A stretch of DNA of 45,849 nt, filler included, from Jimgerdemannia flammicorona (Eukaryota): assembly GCA_003990765.1 (NCBI GenBank). It is 2 parts of 2 records of this genome, joined end to end, with 100 filler letters (N's around TTAATTAATTAA, not from the genome) between each part and the next. Parts side by side here need not be neighbours in the genome. Positions count along the whole stretch, not along the records: positions 1 to 22,878 come from RBNJ01001190.1; 1 more part is not named here. One strand, written 5' to 3'. A program made the position numbers and the translations under genes. Under the pieces are notes generated by a model that was not told the origin of the DNA, made no database searches, and was given only the letters and a program-made list of their open reading frames with translations. Positions 1 to 11,632 of the stretch are shown here, piece after piece (positions within the stretch are counted from its first letter, which is position 1; each line of letters begins with the position of its first letter).

Positions 1-290
1 CCCCTATCTGATCTCCCTAGGGCCCCCCCCCCTCCTCCTCCACTCTCTCTCGATAGAAGACCACTTTGTCAACCACTATCTCCACCCTCCCACCACTCTG
101 GCTACAGATCCCTTCCATCAGACAGTAATGTCACCCACCCTGGGGACCCCAACCAACCCACTACCCAGTAAGAAGATCACCCATCAACTCCTCCCATCTC
201 ACTAACTTCTCCTGCATCTCTGTCTATCACCCTTCCTTAAAAACAAATAGCCAATGTCCAGCCAATCCTACCCACACTACAATTACCCAG
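1..290 (-). mobile_element. 5'-truncated 3' part of an L1/Tx1-like LINE (same family as 36899-42817)
   Basis: Aligns by eye to 37000-37290 (accactttgtcaaccactatctccaccctcccaccactctg vs actactttgtcaaatacaatctccatcctcccaccactctg). Translation GLAGHWLFVFKEG matches RLTGHWLFVFEER. Confidence 0.85.
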
Positions 291-299
291 AAGCAACTT

Positions 300-1431
300 G
301 TTTCAGATAATTGAAGATTTATTTTTAAAAAAAAACAAAAAAAGCCAATAGATTCAATGGTGGCTGCTGACAAGGAAATATGAGCTGAGGCTCTAGGTGA
401 AAGTGAGTGAGATATACTTAGAAATGTTGTCAGAGTTTTGGAAGTAAGTGGTGATTGCTCTGGCTCTATACTCATTTTGTCTGCCTCCATACTCATTTTG
501 TCTGCCTCCACACTCATTTTGTCTGCCTTCATATAACTGCCAGTATTTCGATGCTTGTACAAAGGATATAGTCAAACAAATGACCCTGATAATAAGCTTG
601 GCAATATCAGTATACAACCTTCTGATTGACTAGCTAGAGGATAAGCTCAAGGACAGGCTGGAGGATTGCAGTGATTTACGGTTGAGCCTAGATCAGAGAG
701 ATGCCATAGAGATTGCTCTAAGCAAGCTCAGAAAATACTACTCTCAAACAGATACCACTGTATACTCAATCAGTACAGGTATATCGATGTCAGCATGTGG
801 CCATTGCCCCTTCCAAAACAGAGAAACCCCCATAAAAACTCACTCTTTCTTTTCTTTAAACAGTGCTGAACCTATGCTTAAAGCTACAATACTATAAAGA
901 TCAGGGCTGGGAGCAGCGCTTCATTGAGAGAACCAAGCAGGCTATAATTGAAGTATACTGGGAAAACTATATGCCACTGTAAGGTTCCAGCTGAAGTCCA
1001 GATGAATATACCAAGGGATTCCTCCTGTCCCACATTTATCTCAGCAGAAAGAGGAAGAGAGAGTTGTCAGTAGAAGAGCTGCTGTCAATAGATGAACTTA
1101 CCATTTACCTCACCAGTGACCATATGATCCTGCTGGAGAGTACAGAGGTGCTCAACTGGTAGAAGGTGGGTTGTTAGGCAGATGTTGGGCCAATTTAACC
1201 CACCAATCTAACCACTGCTCTATCTACTGGGGCATTCAGCTACATCAAACAGACTTCCCCAGCCTGTATAGTATGGCTCAGGACTACTTGGCGATTCCTG
1301 CCTCCAGTACTCTCATCAAGTGGGTGTTCTCAGATAGGGTGGACCTTGTTGCCCCAAAGAGATATACACTGAACACTGAGACAATCCAGGTATGTATATG
1401 TCTGAAGTCTTGGTGGGGCTCAGGCTACTAA
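300..1431 (+). pseudogene. hAT transposase, family 1, C-terminal part with introns, decayed
   Basis: AIEIALSKLRKYYSQTDTTVYSIST, then hAT dimerisation domain FPSLYSMAQDYLAIPASSTLIKWVFS...LNTETIQVCICLKSW. In-frame stops are present; introns near 444-543, 779-862 and 1166-1239. Confidence 0.9.
471..533. repeat. 21-bp tandem repeat x3 in a transposase intron
   Basis: ctcattttgtctgcctccata repeated three times with small variants. Confidence 0.9.
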
Positions 1432-1584
1432 AATTTGGCAGATCCTGGGGGTTCATGGATAAGTTGGTTGGCCTTGTGGAATATTTAATATTTTTCAAAA
1501 AAAATAAAAAGGTTAAAAAAGCTGAGAACTTGGCCCAGAGTTTGCAGCTTGAGTGGGGCAGTGGTCGGCGGTGTTGGCAGCAGC

Positions 1585-2160
1585 AGCAGAGGGAGCACAC
1601 AGTATTTGCAGCCCTCCACCAGCAGCAAGGGGCAGCCTCAAGCTATCAGTACCCAGGTTGGTGAGCAGGTTAGTGGGTGGGTACAGGGTTGGCAGAGGGA
1701 GCATGCAAAATTTGCAGCCTTCTGCCAGCAGCAAGAGGCAGCCCTAAGCCACAAGTGTCCAGGTTGGGGGGTTGGCAGAGGGGGGATAGGCAGGAGGGGG
1801 GGTAGACAGAGGGAGCATGCAAAATTTGCAGCCCTTCACCAGCAGCAAGGGGCAGCCTCAAGCTGTCAGTATCTGAGTCAGTGGGTGGGATCAGTCAGCA
1901 GAGAGAGCATGCAAAATTTGCAGCCCTCTGCCAGCAGTAAGGGGCAGCCTCAAGCTGTAAGTGTCTGGGACAAGCAGGGCAGGCAGAGGGAGCATGCAAA
2001 ATTTGTGGCCCTCCACCAGCAGCATAGAGACAGCCCCAAGCCACCAAGGAGTCTGGATCAGAGGGTACTTCTAGTGGTCAGAGGGTACTTCTAGTGATTG
2101 GAGGGTGCTTCTGGCAGTTAGAGGGTGTTTCTGGCAGTTGGAGGGTACTTCTAGCAGTTG
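1585..2160. repeat. Internal repeats of hAT family 1: ~55-bp unit x5, then 20-bp tandem x5
   Basis: gagggagcatgcaaaatttgcagccctccaccagcagcaaggggcagcctcaagct recurs in 1585-2025; gagggtacttctagtggtca-like units occur in 2060-2160. Confidence 0.85.
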
Positions 2161-2432
2161 AAGTCCACCACAGATTCAGGCCCCATCACCAGTTCAGGTC
2201 CCATAAGCACCCTGGCCCTGTGCTGCAGCACTGCACTGGCGGCACTGTAGAGCAGGGCCAAGGGGCCAGTAGGGCCCTGCATAATGGCTAAGCCAGTGCT
2301 ACAGAAGAGGTGCCCAGCCCAACCCTCCACATAAGACCACCCAACCTATACAAAATGACTGCCTAACTCTCACGAAAGACTGTCTATCCCTTATGAAAGA
2401 TTGTCTAACCCTTACAAAAACTGCTCCACCTA

Positions 2433-4410
2433 TCAGTCCCAGGCCTTGATGAGCCTATCATCTATTGTGAGTACAATGACTATTGTGTCCAAGCTCTCCT
2501 TGAAGGTAATAGTGCTATAGTGGCTATGTGGTTGGAAGAGGATAGCCATATTGGCCACAAATGGGACCTCAAAACCATAGGTGAGGTTGTACCAGACTCC
2601 TCTGCTATCCTCCCAGGTTGGGCCCTTCCTTTCTGGGATGTAAAACATTACTGGGGTGACATTGTTATCTGTGTGTATGGGCAGAGAAACATTGCACCTA
2701 ATGTATCCTGATGTGACATGAGTATACAGTTGGGTGAACCCTTGGCCCAGGACCTCATACTGCCAGGCTGTACTGGTGGATACCTGCTCTTAGTCCAGCC
2801 CTGAGAGCCCCAGCTTGGAAACCTGCCAAAACAGATGGCAACTGGTCAGTTCTTTTTGTATATAGAGGGGCAGAAACCCCCTGGGCTGCAGAAACCCCCT
2901 GGGCTGTAGCACCCCAAAAAAGTGGAGCTCCTCACCTTATACAGCATGCTAAATTGCACCAAGAATGTATGTACAGCCACACTGAGATCACTACCAAGCT
3001 GGCCTGCTGTATGCTCTACTAATCAGCTTAAAGAACCCCAGATCATAGCTGCTATCACCATACAGGCCATGTCATACTTGTGTGCAGTTTGCTCTTCAAC
3101 AGCACTTCTAAAGTTCCAGTAGGGGTACAGAATCTTGTACACCTCTGGAATTGTATCAAAAAGAGTATGTTAGTGAAGAGTGTGATTTATCTAGGGAGGA
3201 GAAAAAAAAAAGAGAGATGAGTGTAGAGGATTTCAGAACTCTGGAACCCAACCTTCACCAGTATTGCAGTATACCCAATTTCTGTCCAAACCCCCCCTTC
3301 TTGCTTTTTTCACTCCCTCTTTCCTGCCATCCAGTATTTGATACAATTCTTACAAATCTCATTGATGTGGCAGCAAAGCCTATTACCATAGAGATTCCTT
3401 ATCACCATCACAACCACCTCTCTGCATTCATTAATAATGGTATGGCTCTCTTCATTGTTGGTTACTCCTGCTGGCCAATGGACCCCTTGGTTAAGAATGA
3501 TTGACTCTAATTTGAATATAGACCCCCAAGCCTTGATGACAATACTGGTACTGCTCAAGCTGAACATCTTACCCTCAAATTTCTCTATTTGATCAGATAC
3601 TAGATATGGTTGAACTTCCAATGGAACTGAGCCCTGATCTGAGGGATTGAGATAAGTGTGCAGATGGGTTATGTACAGATGGGTTATGTACAGATGAGTT
3701 GCATGCAGACAGATTTCATGCAGGTGGGTTGTGTGTGGGTTTGGGTGTTTTTTAGAGAGAGACCATGTAAAAAATGAAATTAAATAAAACACAGAGATGG
3801 GTATTTCCAAAAAAGAGTGTGAGTGAGTGAGTGAGTGAGCTGCATGCTGATGAGTTGCATGCCGATGAGTTGCACAAGTTGTATAAGATTGCTCACAAAG
3901 GCTTGCTTCTATTCCTTTTGAGACCTCTATTATGTAATACATTGACTCAATAGCTCAGCCACCAAAGGCATGTACTACAATGTCTGCCAGCCTTTCTTTA
4001 TCTTAATCAGATGTTGCAAATAAAGTTGGCAGATCTTGCCATAGAGCTGTAGACTCTAAGAAAAGTACAAGGTAAATTGAGTTATGCTGGGGAAATTTAA
4101 ATAAATATAAGTAAACATGTGGCAGCCAAGTGAGCAATCTACATCTACTATCGGCTGCTCCAAAAAGGCTGCCATATACATAGCTATGAGGTCTGTAAAT
4201 TCTGAGGTCCAAAGGGCCACCATAAGTTGTTGCCAGAATTCTCCCTCATCCCTGCTATCGTCACCACCATTGCCACCACCATTGCCATCACTATTGCTAT
4301 CACCACCACCATTGCTACCATCATTGCCCCTTTGGCTCTTGATGAGCAGCTTGTGTGCTGCCCATATGAGAAAGAATCTAACATTATCAGTAGAAAGTGT
4401 GTTTCCACCT
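2433..4410 (-). pseudogene. Multi-exon TET/JBP-like 2OG-Fe(II) dioxygenase, cargo of hAT family 1
   Basis: Last exon reads GYIRCNVSLPIHTDNNVTPVMFYIP...SRGVWYNLTYGFEVPFVANMAILFQPHSHYST...IVIVLTIDDRLIKAWD*. HxD is at 2667-2675, followed by a GG-x-aromatic...YG motif and a decayed HGT-like motif. An upstream exon reads SHTIINECREVVVMVIRN. Splice sites lie near 2823 and 2935. Confidence 0.65.
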
Positions 4411-4639
4411 TAAATACTCCCTCTTTTGATGATTATTGTAGGGTGAAAAATAAATAGACTAGACTAATGTACAAATTAAGGGCTGCTGTTTTGTTTGCTT
4501 GTGATATGGCAGAAAGAACAAAGAAAAAGTATAAAGAAAAGAGAGGGAACAAAAGAAAAGGGTGATGTCACTAAAGTACAGCAGGAAAAAAAAAACAAGA
4601 GCAAAATGAATAAAAGAAAGAGTGATGTCACTAAAGATT

Positions 4640-4800
4640 TCAATCCAGATGGATCAATCCAGATAGATCAATCCAGATAGATCATCTGGATGGATCAATC
4701 CAGATCAGATCACAAGACCAATCTAAGTTGATTCAAATCCATCACATAATGAACCTGAATTAAATCTTATCTGGATCCACTCCATCTGTTTGAAGCACTA
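4640..4800. repeat. Subterminal repeats and putative right TIR of hAT family 1
   Basis: ggatcaatccagat-type repeats end in ...tttgaagcacta at 4800. Its reverse complement TAGTGCTTCAAAC resembles the family-2 terminus TAGTGCTCTGCAAAC. Confidence 0.6.
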
Positions 4801-5759
4801 TCTAATAGTAAGGAGTGGAAAAGACTATGGGTGAATATGGCTCTCATTGAGAATACTACTTCTTGAAAATAAGAATAGGTATATCAAAGGAACAGCAAAA
4901 CTATATAGTCACTCTGTGTGGCAATGGAAATAATAATTTATTAAGTGAGAGTAGTATATAGTTATCCAGCTCCTGCAATGCCAATTGGGATCTTGATGAC
5001 TAATGTTATAATAAGTTTGAAGACTATAATAAGTCTGATAGTAAGTCAGAATACTATAATGAGAAATATTGTAATAAGTAAATGAAACTTTTTAAAACAT
5101 TATGAGATAATACACTATCTATATCAGTATTTTGGCAAAGTCTAGTAATTAATTATGTGATATTTTTCAGCTTATGAATATTCCTTAGATATAGAATTTT
5201 ATATTAGTTTTTTGGGTTATATACAGTTCTAGTTTTTTATATATATTATATATTGCTTTTTATTCTAGTTTATATTGTTCCTTCTTTTTTTTTATTTTGA
5301 TATACATATATATCTTCTTGAGTGGGAGTATTGAAATTATAAGTTGATATATATTTATATGACTTTATACTAATTTGTTTATATCATTTATATGTTATTA
5401 TTTATAGTATCTAAAAGTATATAATTTATATAATAAATAAATTACTTCTTCTATTTATCACAATATACTATATAGTTACATATAATACTTCATATAGTTC
5501 TGATATAGTAAAGAGATTTATCTTAATCAAGATCATGTTCTGCTTTAGAGACTTAATTAAGATATATGCTCTCTTGGTACTAATGCTGTTATCTGAATAT
5601 AAATAGAGAATAGATAAGTAATATATATAAATTATTAGCTTGATTCCACTATATAGTTATATATAATACTTTATATAGTTGTGAGATACTATAGAGATTC
5701 AGGTTGTGTTTTACTTCAGAGACTCAGCTAGAGAGTATATACTCTTATTACCATACTCC

Positions 5760-7586
5760 ACTCACCTACATTCCTCTACCCACTCTGCCCATCTGTAATT
5801 CTTTATCTGCCTCTAATATGTTTCTCCAAAAACCAATCATACTTCTATCTGATGATACTACTTAGACTATTCTATGGAGATTTCCACCATTACTTACTAC
5901 TCTCCACTCCACTATATAGATATATGAACTCCAACATTATTCTGATCAGTCTATCTCTCAGTCTACCATTACCACTATTACTCAAGGTGTACTTCTCAGT
6001 TTTGACAGCTCTCAGTACTGCCTCTTAGCTCACAACCACTGTTCTGCTCTAGACTATCAGATGCCATCATCTCAAACATTATACAGAAATTTATGGTGGG
6101 TTGGGTCTGTGGTCCATTTTTAGTCTCTCTATTTGTCAACTTCCACTCATTCTCCCTCAGTGCTGTGGCTAAGATAAATTCTGCCACTACTTAGCAATAT
6201 ATTCATGATCTGTCCTGGCCCCATAACAGTGGATCAGTGAATGTAGGTATTGATCATGATGCCTTTATATTGTCTTATATTCATTTCAATAATATATTGA
6301 CTTTAATCTACCAGTTCAGCTAAGATTATCTGCTATCAAAGATTGATCTCACTGATACCTATCACTACATACTCATTTACTCTGCTGATTGGGAGCTGCT
6401 TGGTTTTGAATAGTCGGGTCTGTTCTATTTTAACTACTTTACTTCTTTTGGCATATCTTCCTCACTATTTCTCTTTACTTTTTCACTGAGCTCCTCACAT
6501 AGATAGTACTTCAGCATAGTCTCTAGGCTCTCATATATTATATAGATAACTTTTTTCTGGTCTCTGAACTGATCATCAGAGCAGTATCCACTGATCTCCA
6601 ATTATTCCTATCTCTTAGCTGAGACCTCAGCTGGTTTATTCAAGAGCAGAAGGTTGAGAGGCTGTTAATATCTCTAGTTTTCCTAGGCATTGAGCTCAAT
6701 TTAGTCATAATGGAAGCTCATCTCCCTATAAGCAAACTTGATGCTATCATAATACTTCTTCATCAGTGGTCTATGTAGACATTTTATACAAGGCCCTAAC
6801 TTCAATCTCTCATCAACTCCTTGGCCTTCATTAGTAAAATCATCCTGCCAGGACAGCCCTTTCTCTGGTGTTTTATCAATCTACTCTCTGGTAACTCTAA
6901 CTTCTACATCTCTTTATCTGATATATTCTATACTAACATTCAGTAGTGGCTTACTTTTCAACTACTTTGGAATAGCATTTCAGTCATTTACTCAGTTGAG
7001 TGGTCTAGTTTACCTAATGCCCATCTATGGATTGATACTAGTAGTAACTTAGACTTTAGGGCATATTATGAAGGATTGTGGTTTTTGGCCCCATGGTCTC
7101 TTACTTTAATGCTATATGATATTTAATTCAAAGAGCTCTATGCTATTGTAGCAGCTACTGCTACTTAGGATACTCAGTGGGCTTTCTATTGGATCCTTCT
7201 TCATGTGGATAATCAAGCAGTTATTGTTATTATCAACTTGGGTACTATATACAACTCTCTTCTACTTGAGCTTCTTCACTAACTTTATTTCCTCATAGCA
7301 TCACATGCCTTCCAACTTTATACTACATATATCTCTATCTCTGATAATGGCATCACTGATGCTTTGTCCTGCTCTGACCTCTCTTACTTCCACTGTCTTA
7401 CCCCCTATATACAGATATATCTGACAACAATTGGTATCATCTGCATACTATTCTTCCACTCATCATTACCTTCTTTCTGTAGTTTGAACTAGCAAAATCT
7501 ATATGTCACTTATATTTTTTGGAACAATACAGCTTTCCTCAATTCTGCACCCTTTACAGTAACTATAGTTCCAGCAATACTCTATC
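5760..7586 (+). mobile_element. Degenerate DIRS/Ngaro-like retrotransposon (RT-RNase H)
   Basis: IHDLSWPHNSGSVNVGI, KIDLTDTYHYILIYSADWELLGF and LLFGISSSLFLF (RT); KELYAIVAA, LLHVDNQAVI and DNGITDALS (RNase H). Many stops; truncated by the hAT end at 7587. Confidence 0.8.
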
Positions 7587-7621
7587 TAGTACATTGTAAA
7601 CTGAGCTGACCTATATATATA

Positions 7622-8010
7622 TTTAACCTGACCCAGAATTATACATCATCTATCTTTAACCCAACTCAGAAATATACATCACCTATCTTTAACCTGACCC
7701 AGAATTATATATCACCCATCTTTAATCTAATCTAGAAATGTACATCACCTATCTTTAACCCAATCTGGAATTATACATCACCCATTTTTAATCTGACCTG
7801 GAATTAAACATCACCCATCTTTAACCTAGCCTAGAAACATATATCACTCATTTTTAACCTGACCCAGAATTATATATAATCTGTCTTTAACTCAATCTGA
7901 GAAATATATGTAACCTGACCTGAGAAATATATATGACCTGATCTGAGAAATATATGTAACCTGACTCTGACCTATATTTAACCTGATGTAGACCTGTCTT
8001 TAATCTGCCT
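7622..8010. repeat. 33-bp subterminal tandem repeats of hAT family 2 (5' end)
   Basis: About 8 copies of tttaacctgacccagaattatacatcacccatc plus shorter units; same unit as at 18390-18740. Confidence 0.9.
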
Positions 8011-8133
8011 TTAAGCTACAAGGTACCAAAAAATATATATATTACACATCTAAGATCTATATTTAAAATAAACAAACAGAAATAAATTAGAAGTAAATCA
8101 AAAAAATAAAAAACTTATCAGTGTGAATAGATC

Positions 8134-9295
8134 TTACTCTTCATTACTATAAACCAACTGATCCTCCTCCTTCTTATATTCTGAACCATCTTTCTCTATA
8201 TATTTCAAACCACTTTCCTCTATATCCTCCTCCTCCATATCTTTCTCTGTGTCAACCTTCTCTATGCTAACCTCTATTTCGTCCTCTATGCCAACCTCCC
8301 CATGTTTCTCCATACCAACCTCCCCCATGCCAACCTCTCCATATTTCTTCATACTGACCTCCCCTGCACTAACCTCCCCTACACTGACCTCCTCCATGCC
8401 AACCTCTCCACTGACCTCTCCACTAGCACTGACTCCTCTACTGATACCAACCTCTCCCACTTCTCTATCTCCTCTACCACCACCCTCCTCAACAAAATGC
8501 ACAAGCCTGCCATCTATCAGTTATATATAAAGCATTTTGTCATTGTTCACTGGTACTCATTCAAATAGGGCCAGCAGTTTTTCATATACATCTATAATGA
8601 CCATTCTACCTAGACAATCTCACTTATTCCACACTTTGATATTCATCTTGAAGCTAGTGTAGTATGATGAATGTTCTATGATTTTTGTATAGTTTTCTAT
8701 TACTCTTATGACTTCTTGCCTCAGTTGGTTATCATGTACTTTCTTAATGCATTTATTGGCTACAGTAAAAGCATGTCTAATATCTGATTTGTAAGGCCTT
8801 TTCTCTGTGAGATTTGGGGCATCCAGGAAATTGGTTTAGCAATACTTCCAGGTAGTGCTTGAGCAAACTTGATGGCAAAAATAGCAATTGTAGCAAGATT
8901 TGCACTCTGGCCCAGACTTAGAAGCTAGAGGATATATATATTTAAAAAAAAATTTGGACATTGATTTTAAAAGAAAAAAAAAAAAACTAACTTTTTTGAG
9001 CTGCATTATTGAGATCTGGTGCGGGGCCTTGTGCTTGTAGACCAGTGGCAAGCTAGTAGTCAAGCTGGAGATTGGGGAGCTGAGAGTCAGCAAGCTGGAA
9101 GTTGATAAGCTTAGCAACCTGGGTATCAGCAAGCTTGGCAGACTGGGTATCAGTAAGCTTGGCAGGCTGGGTGTCAGTAAGCTGGGCATCTTTAGGACAC
9201 TAAGCTTTGAGATGGTAAGCTGTAGTGTGTCAAGCTTGAGGGGGGCCAAGTAAATACTTATTGGCTAGGTGATCATATCTACATGTTCTCAACAT
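8134..9295 (-). pseudogene. Unknown two-exon cargo gene of hAT family 2, copy A
   Basis: ATG at 9295 is equivalent to 22535. Exon 1 has LADTQPAE-type repeats; intron ~8925-8992. Exon 2 reads NFLDAPNLTEKRPYKSDIRHAF...QEVIRVIENY and is followed by a Glu/Gly-rich repeat tail. Confidence 0.5.
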
Positions 9296-9569
9296 AGCAG
9301 TGAATTAAGTGAGGCAAAGCAAAGGACAAAGTGAAGTAAAGGATAAGATGAAAAGAATGAGAGGTAAAAGTAAGCTTTCAATATCTTAAATATTCAAAAG
9401 CTATAACATCTTTCAAAAGCTCTTTTAGAATCTCTCTGAAATCTCTTTCAAAAGCTCTTTCAGAATCTCTTCAAAATCTCTTTTTGAATCTCTTTGAAAT
9501 CTCTTTTGAAACCTCTTTCTAAATTACATATTGTTTGCAATCTGAGGAATGAGGGTGAGGAAGGTGGAG

Positions 9570-11632
9570 TGTAAGAGGGTTGCTTTTTAGGGTAACCATT
9601 ACATAGTTCTGGAAGGGTTTTCTGGAGGTTCTGGATATTCTAGAAGACCATTTTCTTATGGTCAAGATCAATTTCGTATGGAGTACATCCTCTACGCTTA
9701 TTGATTTCAAGATCGGGTTGACGTCTCAACCAAAGTCCTTTCTCGGACTAGTTCTAGGTGTTCAGGATTTTCCATATTTCAGGAAGTTCAAGAAACTAAG
9801 ACCAGCTTAGTTGAATTGGTGTATCGCTGCAGACAATACCCAATTAGGAAATTTCGTGACGGGGTTAGGAGTGGGACCTAACAGAGAGCGGATTTACTTA
9901 AGAGTGGTTTGTGGGTTATGGAATAGATTTATTTGCTATTCATGATATTGCTATACTAGGAGTAGTTTGTGTGAAGGGATATTGTGGGGAAGTATTCAGG
10001 AATGTTCTTGTGTATTCGAGTCTGAGATTCTGAGGTCTGGGGGAGGGGGTATTTATACTAGTGAGAGGCTATCTGGACTATGCTAGATATGGATGTAGCA
10101 CTAAGTGCCTTGCTGAGTTGGAATGCAGTTACATAGTACAAGTGTGATCTGATATGTCAAGAGATCATCTGACTGCTGAGTCAGTTCACAGTTACATCAT
10201 ATGAGGCTAATCTAACTATACTATGACTGCTAGTCTATTTATGGGTTTAGGCACTGTCTGGGTAGTCTTCGATGACATCACTATCGATTGCATCATCTCT
10301 GATGAAGTAGTCATCTAGGAAGAGTGGTTTGCGGATTACTTCTCCTTGTTCGCTGAGGTAATAGTACATTGGAACTTCATCTCCGTCCTACAAGATAGCA
10401 CCATCTGTTTTGTATGCTAGATAAGGTGTTGGTGGGCGAAGGATGGGTGTATTGTCTTCGCTTTCATCAGATTCACTATCTGCGTACCTTCTATAGATTA
10501 CAGCACTATGAGTTGCGGGGTTGTAGTAAGCTGGCAGCTGTGGTTCATGTCGCTCATACTCAGGTGGTGGAGTGGTTGGTTCAATCTCGAGGGTTGTCTG
10601 GAGGTACAGGTTGTGTTCTCCGGTCTCTTCATTGTAGTTGAAGTAGTTGGGGGTGAACGCGGGTTGGTATTCGTGCCAGTGGTCATTGTTCCAATAAGTC
10701 TTGTATGCAGTTATGAACTGTTGTAAGTTCATTGGCAAGGTTGGCAGTGTGATCAGGGTTGGCAGAGATCCTTGGCTAGAGGTCATGTCGGCGTCAGAGG
10801 GATCATTGTCTTCTGCTTCATCTTCATTGAAGTAGATTATATCGTAGACATCCTTCATGGCGTATCCGACTTGAGGCATTTGCAGGATATGGTCACCAGG
10901 GTGCGGGAAGGTTCTATCTGTGGTCTGGACGTATTCGAGGTACTTGTGGTTGAGTTCTTGTATCATGTCATCGATTTGGCTATAGAACAGGGTAGCAATC
11001 ATTTCACTGATAGTGACTCAGAGGCAGGGAATAAAGGTGCTATACTCATAGAAGAGTTCTTGATGTTTGCGGGCGATGAGCTTCTGGTGTTGAGACATCT
11101 GGGTAATGTTTGTATCATGGTGGTGTTCAACCATGTCTTCCAGGAGGCAGCCAATCTGGTAGTAGCTTGAGATTTGTCCGATTTCGTGAGCCTTGCTAAG
11201 CATGTTCAGGGCATTCCATTGGGCTTCTATGAAGTAGAGGGGTGCCAGGCTATGGATATTCATGAGGGGTAGAGGGGGTGTGGCTCGGTTGACAATGGCA
11301 TTCCAAATGTCAGCGCGGATATGGTTATAGATCTCGGTGGTCATATTTGTGTATTTGAAAGTTGTAGTTGTTGTTTGTTTTGGTTCTCTGTTTTGATGCA
11401 TCTCAGTGCTCGATATATATGCATTTAGTCCTGATTGGTAAGATTCTGTTTGTGTAAATCTTGTATTCCGTGACTTCGTATTGACTCAGCTTTGTGTGCT
11501 GTGACTTCGGTTTGACTCAGCTTTGTGATCAAGCAGGTGATTTCCAGATTCATTTGGAGGTCATGTGAGATTTCAGTGGCTTGTTCAGAGGGTGACGTAT
11601 AATTTCGGTGGCTTAGAGGTTGTATGCTTACA
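9570..11632 (-). mobile_element. Solo LTR1 (2063 bp)
   Basis: TGTAAG...CTTACA termini with a perfect 5-bp TSD tggag (9565-9569, 11633-11637). The empty site is visible in hAT copy B (~22140). Minus-strand TATAAATA at 10050-10057 and AATAAA at 9928-9933. Confidence 0.92.
10388..11344 (-). pseudogene. LTR-encoded (U3) ORF, ~318 aa, one in-frame TGA
   Basis: ORFs 11018..11401 and 10388..11002 are in the same frame, separated only by TGA at 11018-11020. Homologous to the ORFs in LTR2 and LTR3. Confidence 0.8.

Larger units (their letters stand above)
300..4800 (+). mobile_element. Composite hAT element (transposase plus convergent TET/JBP-like gene); left end not visible
   Basis: Transposase, internal repeats, cargo gene and terminus are collinear. 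The segment ~1240-2970 recurs inverted at 16720-18357. Confidence 0.65.

Noticed and set aside
1585..2025. ~55-bp repeats with variable spacers as a CRISPR-like array; overlapping ORFs such as 1549..2094
   Set aside because: The repeats are degenerate, the spacers are related G-rich sequence and the array lies inside a hAT; the ORFs are repeat by-products.
7622..8010. 33-bp repeat array (also 18390-18740) as a CRISPR array
   Set aside because: The units are head-to-tail with no unique spacers, adjoin hAT termini, have no cas genes nearby and lie in a eukaryotic context.
9570..11632. Interpretation as a small TIR DNA transposon with its own transposase
   Set aside because: TG...CA ends, a 5-bp TSD, TATA/AATAAA, no DDE motif, and a homologous ORF after the Gypsy PPT at 43955 all favour a solo LTR.
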